Assembly: GCF_050920415.1 (NCBI RefSeq) | Contig: NZ_CP169309.1 | Direction: 5' to 3' (one strand) | From: Escherichia coli | GTDB lineage: Bacteria > Pseudomonadota > Gammaproteobacteria > Enterobacterales > Enterobacteriaceae | DNA length: 64,000 nt | Shown here: piece after piece, positions 24,180 through 37,293 of the stretch | Position numbering within the stretch: the first letter of the stretch is position 1 | Layout: every line of letters starts with the position of its first letter | Notes under the pieces: model-generated | What the model was told of the DNA's origin: nothing | The model's database searches: none | What the model saw: the letters and a program-made list of their open reading frames with translations, nothing else | Position numbers and translations under genes: made by a program

Positions 24180-27002
24180 ATGGATAAGATCGAAGTTCGG
24201 GGCGCCCGCACCCATAATCTCAAAAACATCAACCTCGTTATCCCCCGCGACAAGCTCATTGTCGTGACCGGGCTTTCGGGTTCTGGCAAATCCTCGCTCG
24301 CTTTCGACACCTTATATGCCGAAGGGCAGCGCCGTTACGTTGAATCCCTTTCCGCCTACGCGCGGCAGTTTCTGTCACTGATGGAAAAGCCGGACGTCGA
24401 CCATATTGAGGGGCTTTCTCCTGCCATCTCAATTGAGCAGAAATCGACGTCTCACAACCCGCGTTCTACGGTGGGGACAATCACCGAAATCCACGACTAT
24501 TTGCGTTTGTTGTTCGCCCGCGTCGGCGAGCCGCGCTGTCCGGACCACGACGTCCCGCTGGCGGCGCAAACCGTCAGCCAGATGGTGGATAACGTGCTGT
24601 CGCAGCCGGAAGGTAAACGCCTGATGCTGCTCGCGCCAATCATTAAAGAGCGCAAAGGCGAACACACCAAAACGCTGGAAAATCTGGCAAGCCAGGGTTA
24701 CATCCGTGCTCGTATTGATGGCGAAGTCTGCGATCTTTCCGATCCGCCGAAACTGGAACTGCAAAAGAAACATACCATTGAAGTGGTGGTTGATCGCTTC
24801 AAGGTGCGTGACGATCTCACCCAACGTCTGGCAGAGTCGTTTGAAACCGCGCTGGAGCTTTCCGGTGGTACCGCGGTAGTTGCCGATATGGACGATCCAA
24901 AAGCGGAAGAGCTGCTATTTTCCGCCAACTTCGCTTGTCCAATTTGCGGCTACAGTATGCGTGAACTGGAACCACGCCTGTTTTCGTTTAACAACCCGGC
25001 GGGGGCCTGCCCGACCTGTGACGGCCTTGGCGTACAGCAATATTTCGATCCTGATCGCGTGATCCAAAACCCGGAACTGTCGCTGGCTGGCGGTGCGATC
25101 CGTGGCTGGGATCGCCGCAACTTCTATTATTTCCAGATGCTGAAATCGCTGGCAGATCACTATAAGTTCGACGTCGAAGCGCCGTGGGGCAGCCTGAGCG
25201 CGAACGTGCATAAAGTGGTGTTGTACGGTTCTGGCAAAGAAAACATTGAATTCAAATACATGAACGATCGTGGCGATACCTCCATTCGTCGTCATCCGTT
25301 CGAAGGCGTGCTGCACAATATGGAGCGCCGTTATAAAGAGACGGAATCCAGTGCGGTACGCGAAGAATTAGCCAAGTTTATCAGCAATCGCCCGTGCGCC
25401 AGCTGCGAAGGAACGCGTCTGCGTCGGGAAGCGCGCCATGTGTATGTCGAGAATACGCCGCTGCCTGCTATCTCCGACATGAGCATCGGTCATGCGATGG
25501 AATTCTTCAACAATCTCAAACTCGCAGGTCAACGAGCGAAGATTGCGGAAAAAATTCTTAAGGAGATTGGCGATCGCCTGAAATTCCTCGTTAACGTCGG
25601 CCTGAATTACCTGACACTTTCCCGCTCGGCAGAAACGCTTTCTGGCGGTGAAGCCCAGCGTATCCGTCTGGCGAGCCAGATTGGTGCGGGCCTGGTTGGC
25701 GTTATGTACGTGCTCGATGAGCCGTCTATCGGCCTGCACCAGCGCGATAACGAGCGCCTGCTGGGTACGCTTATCCATCTGCGCGATCTCGGTAATACCG
25801 TGATTGTGGTGGAGCACGACGAAGACGCGATTCGCGCCGCTGACCATGTGATCGACATTGGCCCGGGCGCAGGTGTACACGGCGGTGAAGTAGTCGCGGA
25901 AGGTCCCCTGGAAGCGATTATGGCGGTGCCTGAGTCGTTAACCGGGCAGTACATGAGCGGCAAACGCAAGATTGAAGTGCCGAAGAAACGCGTTCCGGCG
26001 AATCCGGAAAAAGTGCTGAAGCTGACAGGCGCACGTGGTAATAACCTGAAAGACGTGACGCTGACGCTGCCAGTCGGTCTGTTTACCTGCATCACAGGGG
26101 TTTCAGGTTCCGGTAAATCGACGCTGATTAACGACACACTGTTCCCGATTGCCCAACGCCAGTTGAATGGTGCGACCATCGCCGAACCGGCACCTTATCG
26201 CGATATTCAGGGGCTGGAGCATTTCGATAAAGTGATCGATATCGACCAAAGCCCAATTGGTCGTACTCCGCGTTCTAACCCGGCGACCTATACCGGCGTG
26301 TTTACGCCTGTGCGCGAACTGTTTGCGGGCGTACCGGAATCCCGTGCGCGCGGTTATACACCAGGACGATTCAGCTTTAACGTTCGCGGCGGACGCTGCG
26401 AAGCCTGTCAGGGCGATGGCGTGATCAAAGTGGAGATGCACTTCCTACCGGACATTTACGTACCGTGCGACCAGTGCAAAGGTAAACGCTATAACCGTGA
26501 AACGCTGGAGATTAAGTACAAAGGCAAAACCATCCACGAAGTGCTGGATATGACCATCGAAGAGGCGCGTGAGTTCTTTGATGCGGTACCAGCTCTGGCA
26601 CGTAAGCTGCAAACATTGATGGACGTTGGCCTGACGTATATTCGTCTGGGTCAGTCCGCAACCACGCTTTCTGGTGGTGAAGCCCAGCGCGTGAAGCTGG
26701 CGCGTGAGTTGTCAAAACGCGGCACCGGGCAGACGCTGTATATTCTCGACGAGCCGACCACCGGTCTGCACTTCGCCGATATTCAGCAACTGCTCGACGT
26801 ACTGCATAAACTGCGCGATCAGGGCAATACCATCGTGGTGATTGAGCACAATCTCGACGTGATCAAAACCGCTGACTGGATTGTCGACCTGGGGCCGGAA
26901 GGCGGCAGTGGCGGCGGCGAGATCCTCGTCTCCGGTACACCAGAAACCGTCGCGGAGTGCGAAGCATCACACACGGCACGCTTCCTTAAGCCGATGCTGT
27001 AA
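24180..27002 (+). CDS. uvrA: Excinuclease ABC subunit A
   Basis: 940-aa ORF; two ABC ATPase modules with Walker A ([18 protein letters not shown]) and zinc-finger CxxC pairs. Confidence 0.97.
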   Translation: MDKIEVRGARTHNLKNINLVIPRDKLIVVTGLSGSGKSSLAFDTLYAEGQRRYVESLSAYARQFLSLMEKPDVDHIEGLSPAISIEQKSTSHNPRSTVGTITEIHDYLRLLFARVGEPRCPDHDVPLAAQTVSQMVDNVLSQPEGKRLMLLAPIIKERKGEHTKTLENLASQGYIRARIDGEVCDLSDPPKLELQKKHTIEVVVDRFKVRDDLTQRLAESFETALELSGGTAVVADMDDPKAEELLFSANFACPICGYSMRELEPRLFSFNNPAGACPTCDGLGVQQYFDPDRVIQNPELSLAGGAIRGWDRRNFYYFQMLKSLADHYKFDVEAPWGSLSANVHKVVLYGSGKENIEFKYMNDRGDTSIRRHPFEGVLHNMERRYKETESSAVREELAKFISNRPCASCEGTRLRREARHVYVENTPLPAISDMSIGHAMEFFNNLKLAGQRAKIAEKILKEIGDRLKFLVNVGLNYLTLSRSAETLSGGEAQRIRLASQIGAGLVGVMYVLDEPSIGLHQRDNERLLGTLIHLRDLGNTVIVVEHDEDAIRAADHVIDIGPGAGVHGGEVVAEGPLEAIMAVPESLTGQYMSGKRKIEVPKKRVPANPEKVLKLTGARGNNLKDVTLTLPVGLFTCITGVSGSGKSTLINDTLFPIAQRQLNGATIAEPAPYRDIQGLEHFDKVIDIDQSPIGRTPRSNPATYTGVFTPVRELFAGVPESRARGYTPGRFSFNVRGGRCEACQGDGVIKVEMHFLPDIYVPCDQCKGKRYNRETLEIKYKGKTIHEVLDMTIEEAREFFDAVPALARKLQTLMDVGLTYIRLGQSATTLSGGEAQRVKLARELSKRGTGQTLYILDEPTTGLHFADIQQLLDVLHKLRDQGNTIVVIEHNLDVIKTADWIVDLGPEGGSGGGEILVSGTPETVAECEASHTARFLKPML

Positions 27003-27007
27003 TCGTT

Positions 27008-27038
27008 AAGGCCGCTTTCTGAGCGGCCTTTTCCTTTC
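27008..27038. terminator. Hairpin terminator between convergent uvrA and yjbR
   Basis: aaggccgct/agcggcctt stem followed by T-rich tract. Confidence 0.7.
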
Positions 27039-27393
27039 AGAGTTGCACCAGCAATTTACGTTTTTCTTCCGGCAGTAAATTCACCGCCTGCTGATAAGAC
27101 GCATCCACCAGATAATAGATTTGCGAATCTGGCAGCGAACCGTCGAGATACACGGTGCTCCAGTGCGCTTTATTCAGATGGCGGCTTGGACGCACATCGC
27201 TGTGCTGCTGACGTAGCAGCTCCGCCAGCTCCGGGCTGGTTTTCAGCGAAACAGCTGGGCGATTTTCTACTTCTTTCACCATCGCAAACAGTACATCTTC
27301 CACTTTGATCTGCGTCGCTTTCCAGTCGTTATGCACGCTCTGTTCTGCGCCTGGTTTTGCCATGCAATATTGTAGCAACTCCGAAATGGTCAT
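27037..27393 (-). CDS. yjbR: Uncharacterized conserved protein YjbR
   Basis: 118-aa ORF directly downstream of yjbQ. Confidence 0.85.
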   Translation of the reverse strand: MTISELLQYCMAKPGAEQSVHNDWKATQIKVEDVLFAMVKEVENRPAVSLKTSPELAELLRQQHSDVRPSRHLNKAHWSTVYLDGSLPDSQIYYLVDASYQQAVNLLPEEKRKLLVQL

Positions 27394-27396
27394 TTT

Positions 27397-27813
27397 TTAC
27401 TCCCCTTGTAGTGTCGCGATGATGCGACGCGATCCGCCGTGGATGCGATGTTCCCCCAGCCAGATGCCTTGCCAGGTGCCGGTCTGAATACGCCCTTTAT
27501 GCACCGGCAATACAAGCGATGTTCCCAACATTGAGGATTTGATATGAGAAGGCATATCGTCGGCCCCCTCATAGTCATGCTCATAATTTCCGTTATCGGG
27601 AACGGTGCGGAGGAAAAAACGCTCCATGTCCTGGCGTACGGTGGGATCGCAGTTCTCATTAAGTGTCAGAGAGGCGGAGGTATGTTGCAGCAACAGATGC
27701 AGTAAGCCGATGTTAACACGCGGCATATCAGCCAGCTGATGCAGTATTTCATCCGTTACCAGATGAAATCCACGAGATTTGGCGCTAAGCGTGAGCGTCT
27801 TTTGATACCACAT
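27397..27813 (-). CDS. yjbQ: UPF0047-family protein YjbQ
   Basis: 138-aa ORF. Confidence 0.85.
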   Translation of the reverse strand: MWYQKTLTLSAKSRGFHLVTDEILHQLADMPRVNIGLLHLLLQHTSASLTLNENCDPTVRQDMERFFLRTVPDNGNYEHDYEGADDMPSHIKSSMLGTSLVLPVHKGRIQTGTWQGIWLGEHRIHGGSRRIIATLQGE

Positions 27814-27923
27814 GTGCTGCTCCTTGATAAAACTCTCTTAATCAGTTTGCAGCAAGACAGCGAAAGGATAAAGGTGTGATTAAAAAAACAGCATTCGGGA
27901 GAGCATCACGCTCTCCCGCTCTG

Positions 27924-28658
<735 letters not shown>

Positions 28659-28973
28659 CTATTGAAACGTTTTATTATGAGATTTGTTGCAAAAACCATC
28701 TGACCATAACGCCAGCTGCCAGGGAATAAAAGGATTATCTACGGCTTTTGTTAAGAAAGGGAGCAGGATCACATGCGATCAGACTATGTTTGTTGTATTT
28801 AATAACTTAATGGCTCTCTATTGTGTAAAAATATTCGGATATAAAAACTTCTATTTTCTCAGTAGGAAATATCGATTATCAGAACCCATTCCTTTGTACG
28901 ATTAGCCGAAAAAATACGTATACCCACTTATTGATGATTGAGCAGGCGGCTGTTCATCCGCCTGCCAACGACA

Positions 28974-30167
28974 TTACATCACCGCAGCAAACGCCTTTGC
29001 CACACGTTGTACATTTGCCGTATTTAACCCGGCGACACACATGCGACCGCTGGCGATGAGATAGACACCAAATTCTTCACGTAGTCGGTCAACCTGAGCG
29101 GCACTTAAACCGGTATAACTGAACATACCGCGCTGATTAAGCAGATAATCGAAATTGCGTTCTGGCATTTCTGTGCTCAATACCTTCACCAGTTCCTGAC
29201 GCATCGCCAGAATGCGAGTACGCATCTCTTCTACTTCCGCCAGCCAGCTGGCTTTCAATGCCTCGTCATTCAGCACCGCAGCCACCACCTGCGCACCAAA
29301 ATTCGGCGGGCTGGAGTAGTTGCGGCGAACTGTTGCTTTCAATTGCCCCAGTACGCGGCCTGCGGCTTCGGCATCTTCACACAGCACAGAAAGTCCGCCG
29401 ACGCGCTCGCCGTAAAGGGAGAAAATTTTCGAGAACGAATTGCTCACCAGAGCGGGTAATCCAGCGCTGGCAATGGCGCGAATGGCGTAGGCATCCTCTT
29501 CCATACCGGCACCAAATCCTTGATAGGCAATATCAAGAAATGGGATAAGCTCGCGGGCTTTGAGAATTTGAATCACCGCATCCCACTGGTCATTAGTGAG
29601 ATCGGCACCCGTTGGGTTGTGGCAACATGGGTGCAGCAACACAATACTGCGGGCAGGTAATGTTTTTAGCGTCGCCAACAGGTCATTAAAGCGCACGCCG
29701 TTAGTCGCTTCGTCATACCAGGGGTAAGTACTCACTTCGAATCCAGCCCCGGCGAATATTGCTACGTGGTTTTCCCAGGTAGGATCGCTGACCCAGACGC
29801 CTGATTCCGGGAAGTAGCGTTTCAGGAAATCTGCGCCCACTTTCAATGCCCCTGAGCCGCCAAGGGTTTGAATGGTTGCTACGCGCTGTTGTTGCAGTAC
29901 CGGATGGTCCGCACCAAACAGCAGCGGCGCAATGGCATGGCGATAGCTATTAAGCCCTTCCATCGGTAAATAAAGCGAAGCGCCATGAGGCTGCGCATTC
30001 AGGCGCACTTCCGCATCCGCCACGGCTTTCAGTTGGGGAATAATTCCGTCTTCGTTGTAGTACAGACCGATACTTAAATTCACTTTGTCGCTGCGAGGGT
30101 CTTCTTTGAAACGCTCCATAAGCGTAAGAATCGGGTCGCCAGCGTAGGCGTCAACTTTTTGAAACAC
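28974..30167 (-). CDS. tyrB: Aromatic amino acid aminotransferase
   Basis: 397-aa product; uses GTG start at 30165-30167 ([14 protein letters not shown]...); the 428-aa ORF in the track is an upstream extension. Confidence 0.93.
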   Translation of the reverse strand: MFQKVDAYAGDPILTLMERFKEDPRSDKVNLSIGLYYNEDGIIPQLKAVADAEVRLNAQPHGASLYLPMEGLNSYRHAIAPLLFGADHPVLQQQRVATIQTLGGSGALKVGADFLKRYFPESGVWVSDPTWENHVAIFAGAGFEVSTYPWYDEATNGVRFNDLLATLKTLPARSIVLLHPCCHNPTGADLTNDQWDAVIQILKARELIPFLDIAYQGFGAGMEEDAYAIRAIASAGLPALVSNSFSKIFSLYGERVGGLSVLCEDAEAAGRVLGQLKATVRRNYSSPPNFGAQVVAAVLNDEALKASWLAEVEEMRTRILAMRQELVKVLSTEMPERNFDYLLNQRGMFSYTGLSAAQVDRLREEFGVYLIASGRMCVAGLNTANVQRVAKAFAAVM

Positions 30168-30419
30168 GCGATGGTTCTCCAGGTTTACGAGCAGGTGGTT
30201 AAAAACACAATAAACCGGAAGGTGGGGAAGATCGAGAGGATGTTCAGGGGTGAACGACAATTAGCAACAAAAAGTGACCAATGACAAACGCACATTCGCC
30301 AGAGGCACGACCTTTATAACAGCATGAAATAATATCAATTTATTGAATTAGTAAGATTTTATTAGCCGGATAGGCATTCATACCACATCCGGCACAGATA
30401 ATCAGATATTACAGAACGA

Positions 30420-31499
30420 TTAATCCACGTATTTCATCGCGACCCTTGAAGTCAGGCGCGTGATAAGTTCGTAAGCGCTCACTTTCGTCATTTCAGCGAT
30501 ACGTTCTACGGGCAAACCTTCGCCCCATAAAATGACCGGGTCCCCGGCTTTATCCTGCGCCTGTGGACCTAAGTCGACGCAGATCATATCCATCGCGACT
30601 CGCCCGACAATCGGCACTTCGCGACCGTTCACCAGCACTGGCGTACCGGACGGCGCGGCGCGCGGATAACCATCGCCATAACCCATAGCGACTACGCCAA
30701 GACGGGTATTACGTTCGCTTACCCAGGTTCCACCATAACCGACAGGCTCTCCGGCTTTATGCTCACGCACAGCAATCAGGCTGGAGGTCAATGACATTAC
30801 CGGCTGACAGCCAAAATCGGCACCGGTGGAGCGATCTTCCAGCGGCGAGACACCGTAAAGAATGATGCCCGGGCGCACCCAGTCAAAATGTGACTGTGGC
30901 CACAGCAGAATGCCCCCCGACGCGGCAATGGAACGTTGACCAGGTTTGCCTTCACAAAAGGTATTAAAGATATCGAGTTGTTTCTCGGTTGCACCGCATT
31001 TTGGCTCATCCGCGCGCGCAAAATGGCTGACAATATTCACCGGCTGACGAACGTTTTTGCACCGCGTCAGACGATGATAAAACGCCTCAGCCTGTTCCGG
31101 CCTTACACCCAGACGGTGCATACCAGTATCGAGTTTCATCCAGACGGTAACCGGCTCGTCCAGGCTGGCCTCTTCCAGCGCAGCAAGCTGTTCTTCGTTA
31201 TGCACGGCGGTATGAAAATGTTGCGCAGAAATCGTCGGTAGATCTCTGGCATCAAAAAAGCCTTCGAGTAAAAGTACAGGTTTGGTGATTCCCCCCGCAC
31301 GCAGTCGCAGAGCTTCTTCGAGACGGGCTACGCCAAAGGCGTCAGCATCGGGGAGCGTTCGCGCGGTCTCAAGAAGACCGTGACCATAAGCGTTCGCTTT
31401 CACCACCGCAACCATTTTACTGGCAGGTGCCAGTTCACGAAGACGTTGCAGGTTGTGTCGCAGAGCGCGGCGGTTAATCACAACAGTTGCCGCTTGCAT
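30420..31499 (-). CDS. alr: Alanine racemase, biosynthetic
   Basis: 359-aa ORF with PLP-lysine motif [10 protein letters not shown]. Confidence 0.95.
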   Translation of the reverse strand: MQAATVVINRRALRHNLQRLRELAPASKMVAVVKANAYGHGLLETARTLPDADAFGVARLEEALRLRAGGITKPVLLLEGFFDARDLPTISAQHFHTAVHNEEQLAALEEASLDEPVTVWMKLDTGMHRLGVRPEQAEAFYHRLTRCKNVRQPVNIVSHFARADEPKCGATEKQLDIFNTFCEGKPGQRSIAASGGILLWPQSHFDWVRPGIILYGVSPLEDRSTGADFGCQPVMSLTSSLIAVREHKAGEPVGYGGTWVSERNTRLGVVAMGYGDGYPRAAPSGTPVLVNGREVPIVGRVAMDMICVDLGPQAQDKAGDPVILWGEGLPVERIAEMTKVSAYELITRLTSRVAMKYVD

Positions 31500-31551
31500 T
31501 TGTGTTCCTTGATAAGTGTTTGCTTTAATTACCTAATTCATAAAATAATTA

Positions 31552-32967
31552 TTATTCGTCGTCGTACTGCGGCCCCGCATAGTTGTCGAAGCGCGACCAT
31601 TGACCGTTAAAGGTCAGGCGTACCGTCCCGATTGGGCCGTTACGTTGTTTACCGATAATAATTTCCGCGATGCCTTTTAAATCACTGTTTTCGTGATACA
31701 CCTCATCACGATAGATAAACATGATCAAGTCCGCATCCTGCTCGATAGAGCCAGATTCACGCAGGTCGGAGTTGACCGGGCGTTTGTCGGCACGTTGTTC
31801 CAGAGAACGGTTCAACTGGGACAGCGCCACCACCGGCACGTTCAGTTCTTTCGCCAGTGCTTTCAGCGAGCGGGAGATTTCTGCAATTTCCAGCGTACGG
31901 TTATCGGAAAGCGCCGGTACGCGCATCAGTTGCAGGTAGTCGATCATGATAAGCCCAATGCCGCCATGTTCTCGGGCAATACGCCGCGCGCGGGAGCGCA
32001 CTTCCGTTGGTGTCAGACCGGAGGAATCATCAATATAGATATTACGTTTTTCCAGCAAAATGCCCATCGTGCCGGAAATGCGCGCCCAGTCTTCATCATC
32101 CAGTTGCCCGGTACGAATTTTAGTCTGGTCAACGCGCGACAGCGACGCCAGAGAACGCATCATAATCTGTTCTGATGGCATCTCAAGAGAGAAGATAAGT
32201 ACCGGTTTATCTTGCAACATCGCCGCGTTTTCGACGAGGTTCATCGCAAATGTCGTTTTACCCATCGACGGACGCGCTGCGACGATGATCAAATCCGACG
32301 GCTGCAAACCAGCGGTTTTTTTGTTGAGATCGTCATAACCGGTGTTTACCCCGGTAACGCCATCGTGTGGCTGCTGAAACAGCTGCTCAATACGCGCCAC
32401 GGTTGCGTCGAGCACATCGGCGATGTTCTTCGGCCCTTCGTCTTTGTTTGCACGACTTTCGGCAATTTTAAAGACGCGGGATTCAGCCAGGTCCAACAGG
32501 TCTTCGCTGGTTCGCCCCTGCGGATCAAAACCGGCTTCGGCAATCTCATTCGCAACCGAGATCATCTCACGGACAACGGCACGTTCACGCACGATGTCCG
32601 CATAGGCACTGATGTTCGCCGCACTTGGCGTATTTTTTGACAACTCTGCCAGGTAAGCAAAACCACCAACGCTGTCGAGTTGTCCCTGACGTTCCAGCGA
32701 TTCCGCAAGGGTAATCAGATCGATAGGACTACCGCTTTCCTGCAAACGCGCCATTTCGGTAAAGATATGACGGTGTGGGCGGGTGTAAAAATCGTCTGCC
32801 ACCACACGCTCGGCTACATCGTCCCAGCGTTCGTTATCCAGCATTAAACCGCCCAACACCGACTGCTCCGCTTCGATCGAGTGCGGAGGCACTTTCAGCC
32901 CGGCAACTTGTGGATCGCGTTCGCGGGGTTCAGCCTGCTGTTTGTTGAAGGGTTTATTTCCTGCCAT
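31552..32967 (-). CDS. dnaB: Replicative DNA helicase
   Basis: 471-aa ORF; Walker A GKT in AARPSMGKTTFAMN. Confidence 0.97.
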   Translation of the reverse strand: MAGNKPFNKQQAEPRERDPQVAGLKVPPHSIEAEQSVLGGLMLDNERWDDVAERVVADDFYTRPHRHIFTEMARLQESGSPIDLITLAESLERQGQLDSVGGFAYLAELSKNTPSAANISAYADIVRERAVVREMISVANEIAEAGFDPQGRTSEDLLDLAESRVFKIAESRANKDEGPKNIADVLDATVARIEQLFQQPHDGVTGVNTGYDDLNKKTAGLQPSDLIIVAARPSMGKTTFAMNLVENAAMLQDKPVLIFSLEMPSEQIMMRSLASLSRVDQTKIRTGQLDDEDWARISGTMGILLEKRNIYIDDSSGLTPTEVRSRARRIAREHGGIGLIMIDYLQLMRVPALSDNRTLEIAEISRSLKALAKELNVPVVALSQLNRSLEQRADKRPVNSDLRESGSIEQDADLIMFIYRDEVYHENSDLKGIAEIIIGKQRNGPIGTVRLTFNGQWSRFDNYAGPQYDDE

Positions 32968-33049
32968 AGTGAATGGAGTTACCGAGATAAAGAATGGGTC
33001 GAAACTTTACCATATGAAGCAGACCCTGACGATACGTTCTGGAGGACAC

Positions 33050-34033
33050 ATGGCAACACGAATTGAATTTCATAAGCACGGTGGCCCGGAAGTACTTCAA
33101 GCCGTAGAGTTCACTCCTGCCGATCCGGCGGAAAATGAAATCCAGGTCGAAAATAAAGCCATCGGCATCAATTTTATCGACACGTATATCCGCAGCGGCC
33201 TTTATCCGCCGCCATCGCTACCCAGCGGATTAGGTACCGAAGCGGCAGGCATCGTGAGTAAAGTCGGCAGTGGTGTAAAGCATATTAAGGCAGGCGATCG
33301 CGTAGTCTATGCACAGTCGGCATTAGGCGCTTACAGCTCTTTGCATAACGTCAATGCCGATAAAGCGGCGATTCTGCCCGCGGCAATTTCTTTTGAGCAA
33401 GCGGCGGCATCATTCCTGAAAGGCTTAACGGTTTATTATCTGCTGCGCAAAACCTATGAAATTAAACCCGACGAACAGTTCCTGTTCCACGCTGCTGCTG
33501 GCGGCGTTGGCTTGATTGCCTGCCAGTGGGCAAAAGCCCTGGGCGCGAAGCTCATCGGTACCGTGGGAAGCGCGCAAAAAGCGCAGAGTGCGCTAAAAGC
33601 GGGGGCGTGGCAGGTGATTAACTATCGCGAAGAAAACCTGGTCGAGCGGTTAAAAGAGATCACCGGCGGTAAGAAAGTGCGCGTGGTGTACGATTCCGTC
33701 GGCAGAGACACCTGGGAACGGTCGCTGGATTGCCTGCAACGTCGCGGCTTAATGGTGAGTTTTGGCAACTCATCAGGCGCGGTTACCGGTGTGAACTTAG
33801 GCATTCTCAATCAGAAAGGCTCGTTGTATGTGACACGCCCTTCCCTGCAAGGCTATATCACCACGCGGGAGGAATTAACCGAGGCCAGTAATGAACTGTT
33901 CTCTTTGATTGCCAGCGGTGTGATTAAGGTCGATGTCGCCGAACAACAGAAATATCCGCTGAAGGATGCACAGCGTGCGCATGCGATTCTGGAAAGCCGG
34001 GCGACGCAAGGCTCCAGCCTGTTGATTCCATAA
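33050..34033 (+). CDS. qorA: NADPH:quinone oxidoreductase
   Basis: 327-aa product starting MATRIEFHKHGGPEVL; MDR superfamily with AAAGGVG NADPH motif. Confidence 0.93.
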   Translation: MATRIEFHKHGGPEVLQAVEFTPADPAENEIQVENKAIGINFIDTYIRSGLYPPPSLPSGLGTEAAGIVSKVGSGVKHIKAGDRVVYAQSALGAYSSLHNVNADKAAILPAAISFEQAAASFLKGLTVYYLLRKTYEIKPDEQFLFHAAAGGVGLIACQWAKALGAKLIGTVGSAQKAQSALKAGAWQVINYREENLVERLKEITGGKKVRVVYDSVGRDTWERSLDCLQRRGLMVSFGNSSGAVTGVNLGILNQKGSLYVTRPSLQGYITTREELTEASNELFSLIASGVIKVDVAEQQKYPLKDAQRAHAILESRATQGSSLLIP

Positions 34034-34040
34034 AAGAAAT

Positions 34041-34072
34041 AGGGCTTCCACCTGGGAAGCCCTTTCTTTTTA
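34041..34072 (+). terminator. Rho-independent terminator after qorA
   Basis: agggcttcc/ggaagccct stem followed by T-rich run. Confidence 0.75.
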
Positions 34073-34198
34073 TAGTTCGGCTGTATGTAGGGTACAGCAC
34101 GATGAATCTGTTAGAGGCGCAATAGTGACAGATTTGATTATCAATTCCTATTTTGTTCTAAGGATAAAACCTTAGGTTGTGATCGTCCGCACAATCCC

Positions 34199-34441
34199 TT
34201 AGTAACGCCAACGGTCATAGCGCTGATATTTCGGCACTTTTGGTGCTTTAATCGCCTTAATAACCCACACCACCGCAATCGCCAATAACAGCCACGGCAG
34301 CAACTTAATCATCAATGCCAGCATACCGCCGAGGAACATAATGGCCGTCGCCACAACCAGCGCAGCGATAATACCCAGCAACGAAACGCCGGTGACCATC
34401 AGCATGACAAAAAAGCCAATCACAAAAAGTAGTTCCAGCAT
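34199..34441 (-). CDS. pspG: Phage shock protein G
   Basis: 80-aa two-helix membrane product starting MLELLFVIGFFVMLMV; the 150-aa track ORF is an upstream extension through the promoter. Confidence 0.88.
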   Translation of the reverse strand: MLELLFVIGFFVMLMVTGVSLLGIIAALVVATAIMFLGGMLALMIKLLPWLLLAIAVVWVIKAIKAPKVPKYQRYDRWRY

Positions 34442-34478
34442 GATGCTCTCCCAAATATGAAATCTCTTGCTGGCATTA

Positions 34479-34494
34479 CAAGAATCATGCCAAA
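34479..34494 (-). promoter_or_regulatory. Sigma54 (-24/-12) promoter of pspG
   Basis: Minus-strand TGGCATGATTCTTGTA (GG and TTGT at canonical spacing) about 40 bp upstream of pspG ATG; IHF-like AATCAATAGATTA just upstream (34498-34511). Confidence 0.65.
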
Positions 34495-34574
34495 AATAAT
34501 CTATTGATTTAACAGCAAAACGCCCCGCGACGGTGCGCAGGGCGTGATGAATTTGACTACTTTTTGGTGAAAAG

Positions 34575-35567
34575 TTAACGCTTATCTGCCACCAGTTTGA
34601 GCGCGTGTTCCAGCACGTTAATGTCAGCACCCGCTTTATGGGCATTTTCACTTAAATAACGCCGCCACTGCCGCGCGCCAGGAATACCCTGGAACAGCCC
34701 CAGCATATGCCGGGTAATATGGCCGAGATACGTCCCCTGGCTGAGTTCACGCTCAATGTACGGATACATGGCACGCACCACCGCCACCGGATCGGCATCG
34801 GTATCCGAGGAACCAAAAATCTCTCGGTCTACCGCCGCCAGAATACCCGGATTCTGATACGCCTCGCGCCCTACCATCACGCCATCCATATGTTGCAAAT
34901 GCGCTTTAGCCTCTTCCAGCGACTTGATACCACCGTTAATCGACATCGTCAGATGCGGAAAGTCACGCTTCAGTTGATACACACGCGGATAATCGAGCGG
35001 CGGGATTTCACGGTTTTCTTTCGGGCTTAACCCAGAAAGCCAGGCTTTACGTGCGTGGATGATGAACATCTCACACTCGCCTTTGCCGGAAACGGTGTTG
35101 ATGAAATCGCAGAGAAATTCATAGCTGTCCTGGTCATCGATGCCAATACGCGTTTTCACCGTCACCGGAATCGATACGACATCGCGCATCGCTTTCACGC
35201 AGTCGGCAACCAGCTGCGCATTGCCCATCAGGCACGCACCAAACATGCCGTTCTGTACCCGGTCAGACGGGCAGCCGACATTCAGGTTGATCTCATCATA
35301 TCCGCGCGTTTCTGCCAGCTTCGCACACTGCGCCAGCGCCGCCGGATCGCTACCGCCCAGTTGCAACGCTACCGGATGTTCTTCTTCACTGTACGCCAGG
35401 TAATCACCTTTACCGTGAATAATCGCCCCTGTGGTCACCATTTCTGTATACAGCAACGTATTGCGGGAAAGCAGACGCAGGAAATAACGGCAGTGTCTGT
35501 CCGTCCAGTCGAGCATTGGTGCAACGCTAAACCGACCACTCCAGTGAACGTCAGTTTTTTCAGGCAT
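34575..35567 (-). CDS. dusA: tRNA-dihydrouridine synthase A
   Basis: Product from [29 protein letters not shown] (330 aa); in-frame ATGs up to 35618 are alternative starts. Confidence 0.9.
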   Translation of the reverse strand: MPEKTDVHWSGRFSVAPMLDWTDRHCRYFLRLLSRNTLLYTEMVTTGAIIHGKGDYLAYSEEEHPVALQLGGSDPAALAQCAKLAETRGYDEINLNVGCPSDRVQNGMFGACLMGNAQLVADCVKAMRDVVSIPVTVKTRIGIDDQDSYEFLCDFINTVSGKGECEMFIIHARKAWLSGLSPKENREIPPLDYPRVYQLKRDFPHLTMSINGGIKSLEEAKAHLQHMDGVMVGREAYQNPGILAAVDREIFGSSDTDADPVAVVRAMYPYIERELSQGTYLGHITRHMLGLFQGIPGARQWRRYLSENAHKAGADINVLEHALKLVADKR

Positions 35568-35972
35568 TGCGCTGGTTTGGTTGATTTTTTGCATTTCAGA
35601 ATTACCGTGCATTTTCAAATGTAGAGATTATTTTAACGATATATCATGGAGTTATGTTATTCAGCATCACTGTTCAGGAGGCTCAATAGCGGGGTACTAT
35701 ACCATAACAACAGGAAGCGCCTGGCTCTTTGAAAAAGAAAAATGAGATTCCTTCAAAGCGTGACGCTCTCGCGAATTGAAGAAATAATCTTATTAGATGT
35801 TAGCGTGTGAAAAGCAATGATAAACAATTCAGTTTCGACGATAAATAAAAAATCACACATAAAACCGTGTTGAACTATCTCGCGGCGAATGGCATTGATA
35901 GATAAAAAAGAACCCAAGCAATGTTGGGTTCTTTTATGTAAAAAATCCCATACTACAGAGAAAATTCACATT

Positions 35973-36977
35973 TTATTTTTTTAACACAATATCGAATAGG
36001 TCATAAATGAACTTAATAATATCTTCGTTAATGAGATCGTTGTCATTTATATCTTTGTCATTCATATCTTTGCCAATTACAATGGGTCCCGTTGAGTCTG
36101 GGTCAAATGATTGAACGAATTTAATTAACGTCTCACCTGCAGTCTGCATTTTTGTAATGTCTGTGATGTCTTTATTGTCTTCTTCAGCCTTCTTTTTCCT
36201 CTCATTCAGAATTAAATTAAAATCCAGTTCATTTTTATCTACTAATTCTTTCATATCCCTCAGGCTTTTTTTCATCACTTGACGAGATAATATTTTTATC
36301 TTACTTGTTATGTGGTTTTCACAATAATCATTAACTCTTCGTGCTGTTGCTATGATATCAGCTGATGCACTACCATATGAGAATGAAAGTAAAAGGGAAG
36401 CCAAGGGTTTTAAGCGAGCATCGTTCTTTGCTTTATATGCATTTTCCAAATTTAAAAAACCTTCGCTTACAGTTTTTAGATGTAATGACGCTACAGGTAC
36501 TTTACCATAGGGTTTATCATAAAATAGCTGAATTGCGGAGGGAAGGTCATTCTGATTTATTACATCGAAAGTACACCTGTCTATTAGAGTTGCATCGCTA
36601 TTTTCCATTGGATTACAAACAAAATCCATCGCATAATGAAAAATCGCCCGTTCTACAAATGCAGAAATATAGTCACGATCACCTAATTGCTCATTAGTGC
36701 ACTCTACAATACACTCGTCAACCCAATCTTTGAGAGCATTTATTCGTCCAATTAAGGAAACATTCTTTTCACTTGCAGTCCATAAATTATGGGTAATCCT
36801 CTGAATAAACAAATCTATTTTTGCAATAATCGCAGCGCGATTACTCATCGTTGCATAATCAACCGATTTATTATACAGATCCTTAAGTTTTCCCGAGCTT
36901 ACATCTTTATTATCGTATTGATTTGAGTTGAGGCTTTTATTAAAGTAATCTCTTGAACTTCCTATTATACTTGACAT
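35973..36977 (-). CDS. Hypothetical protein, AT-rich orphan (K-12 yjbL/yjbM position)
   Basis: 334-aa uninterrupted ORF; strongly AT-rich versus neighbours; Lys/Asp/Asn-rich; no recognisable motif. Confidence 0.6.
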   Translation of the reverse strand: MSSIIGSSRDYFNKSLNSNQYDNKDVSSGKLKDLYNKSVDYATMSNRAAIIAKIDLFIQRITHNLWTASEKNVSLIGRINALKDWVDECIVECTNEQLGDRDYISAFVERAIFHYAMDFVCNPMENSDATLIDRCTFDVINQNDLPSAIQLFYDKPYGKVPVASLHLKTVSEGFLNLENAYKAKNDARLKPLASLLLSFSYGSASADIIATARRVNDYCENHITSKIKILSRQVMKKSLRDMKELVDKNELDFNLILNERKKKAEEDNKDITDITKMQTAGETLIKFVQSFDPDSTGPIVIGKDMNDKDINDNDLINEDIIKFIYDLFDIVLKK

Positions 36978-37293
36978 AATTTATCCACCTTTTTACCGAG
37001 CTGTATCATTCATATAATTCATTTGACAAAAAGTCACTATCAAAAATCGCTCATAATTTCTGATCTGTAGGCATACTTTCAAACGCATTTAAATAAATAG
37101 CGAGTTAACTTCAAGCAATGTATTTAAAAATGGAGTAATAATTATTGTCATGTTGATAATGGTGTCACCTGGCTATACAACACCTTACCTATGAAACAGA
37201 AAATCAACATTACAACAACAATAAGGGTTCTCGGTGTTTTTCCTGGAACATGGTAAAGTAAGGACATTCTTAACCCACACCTTGAGGTGCCCG

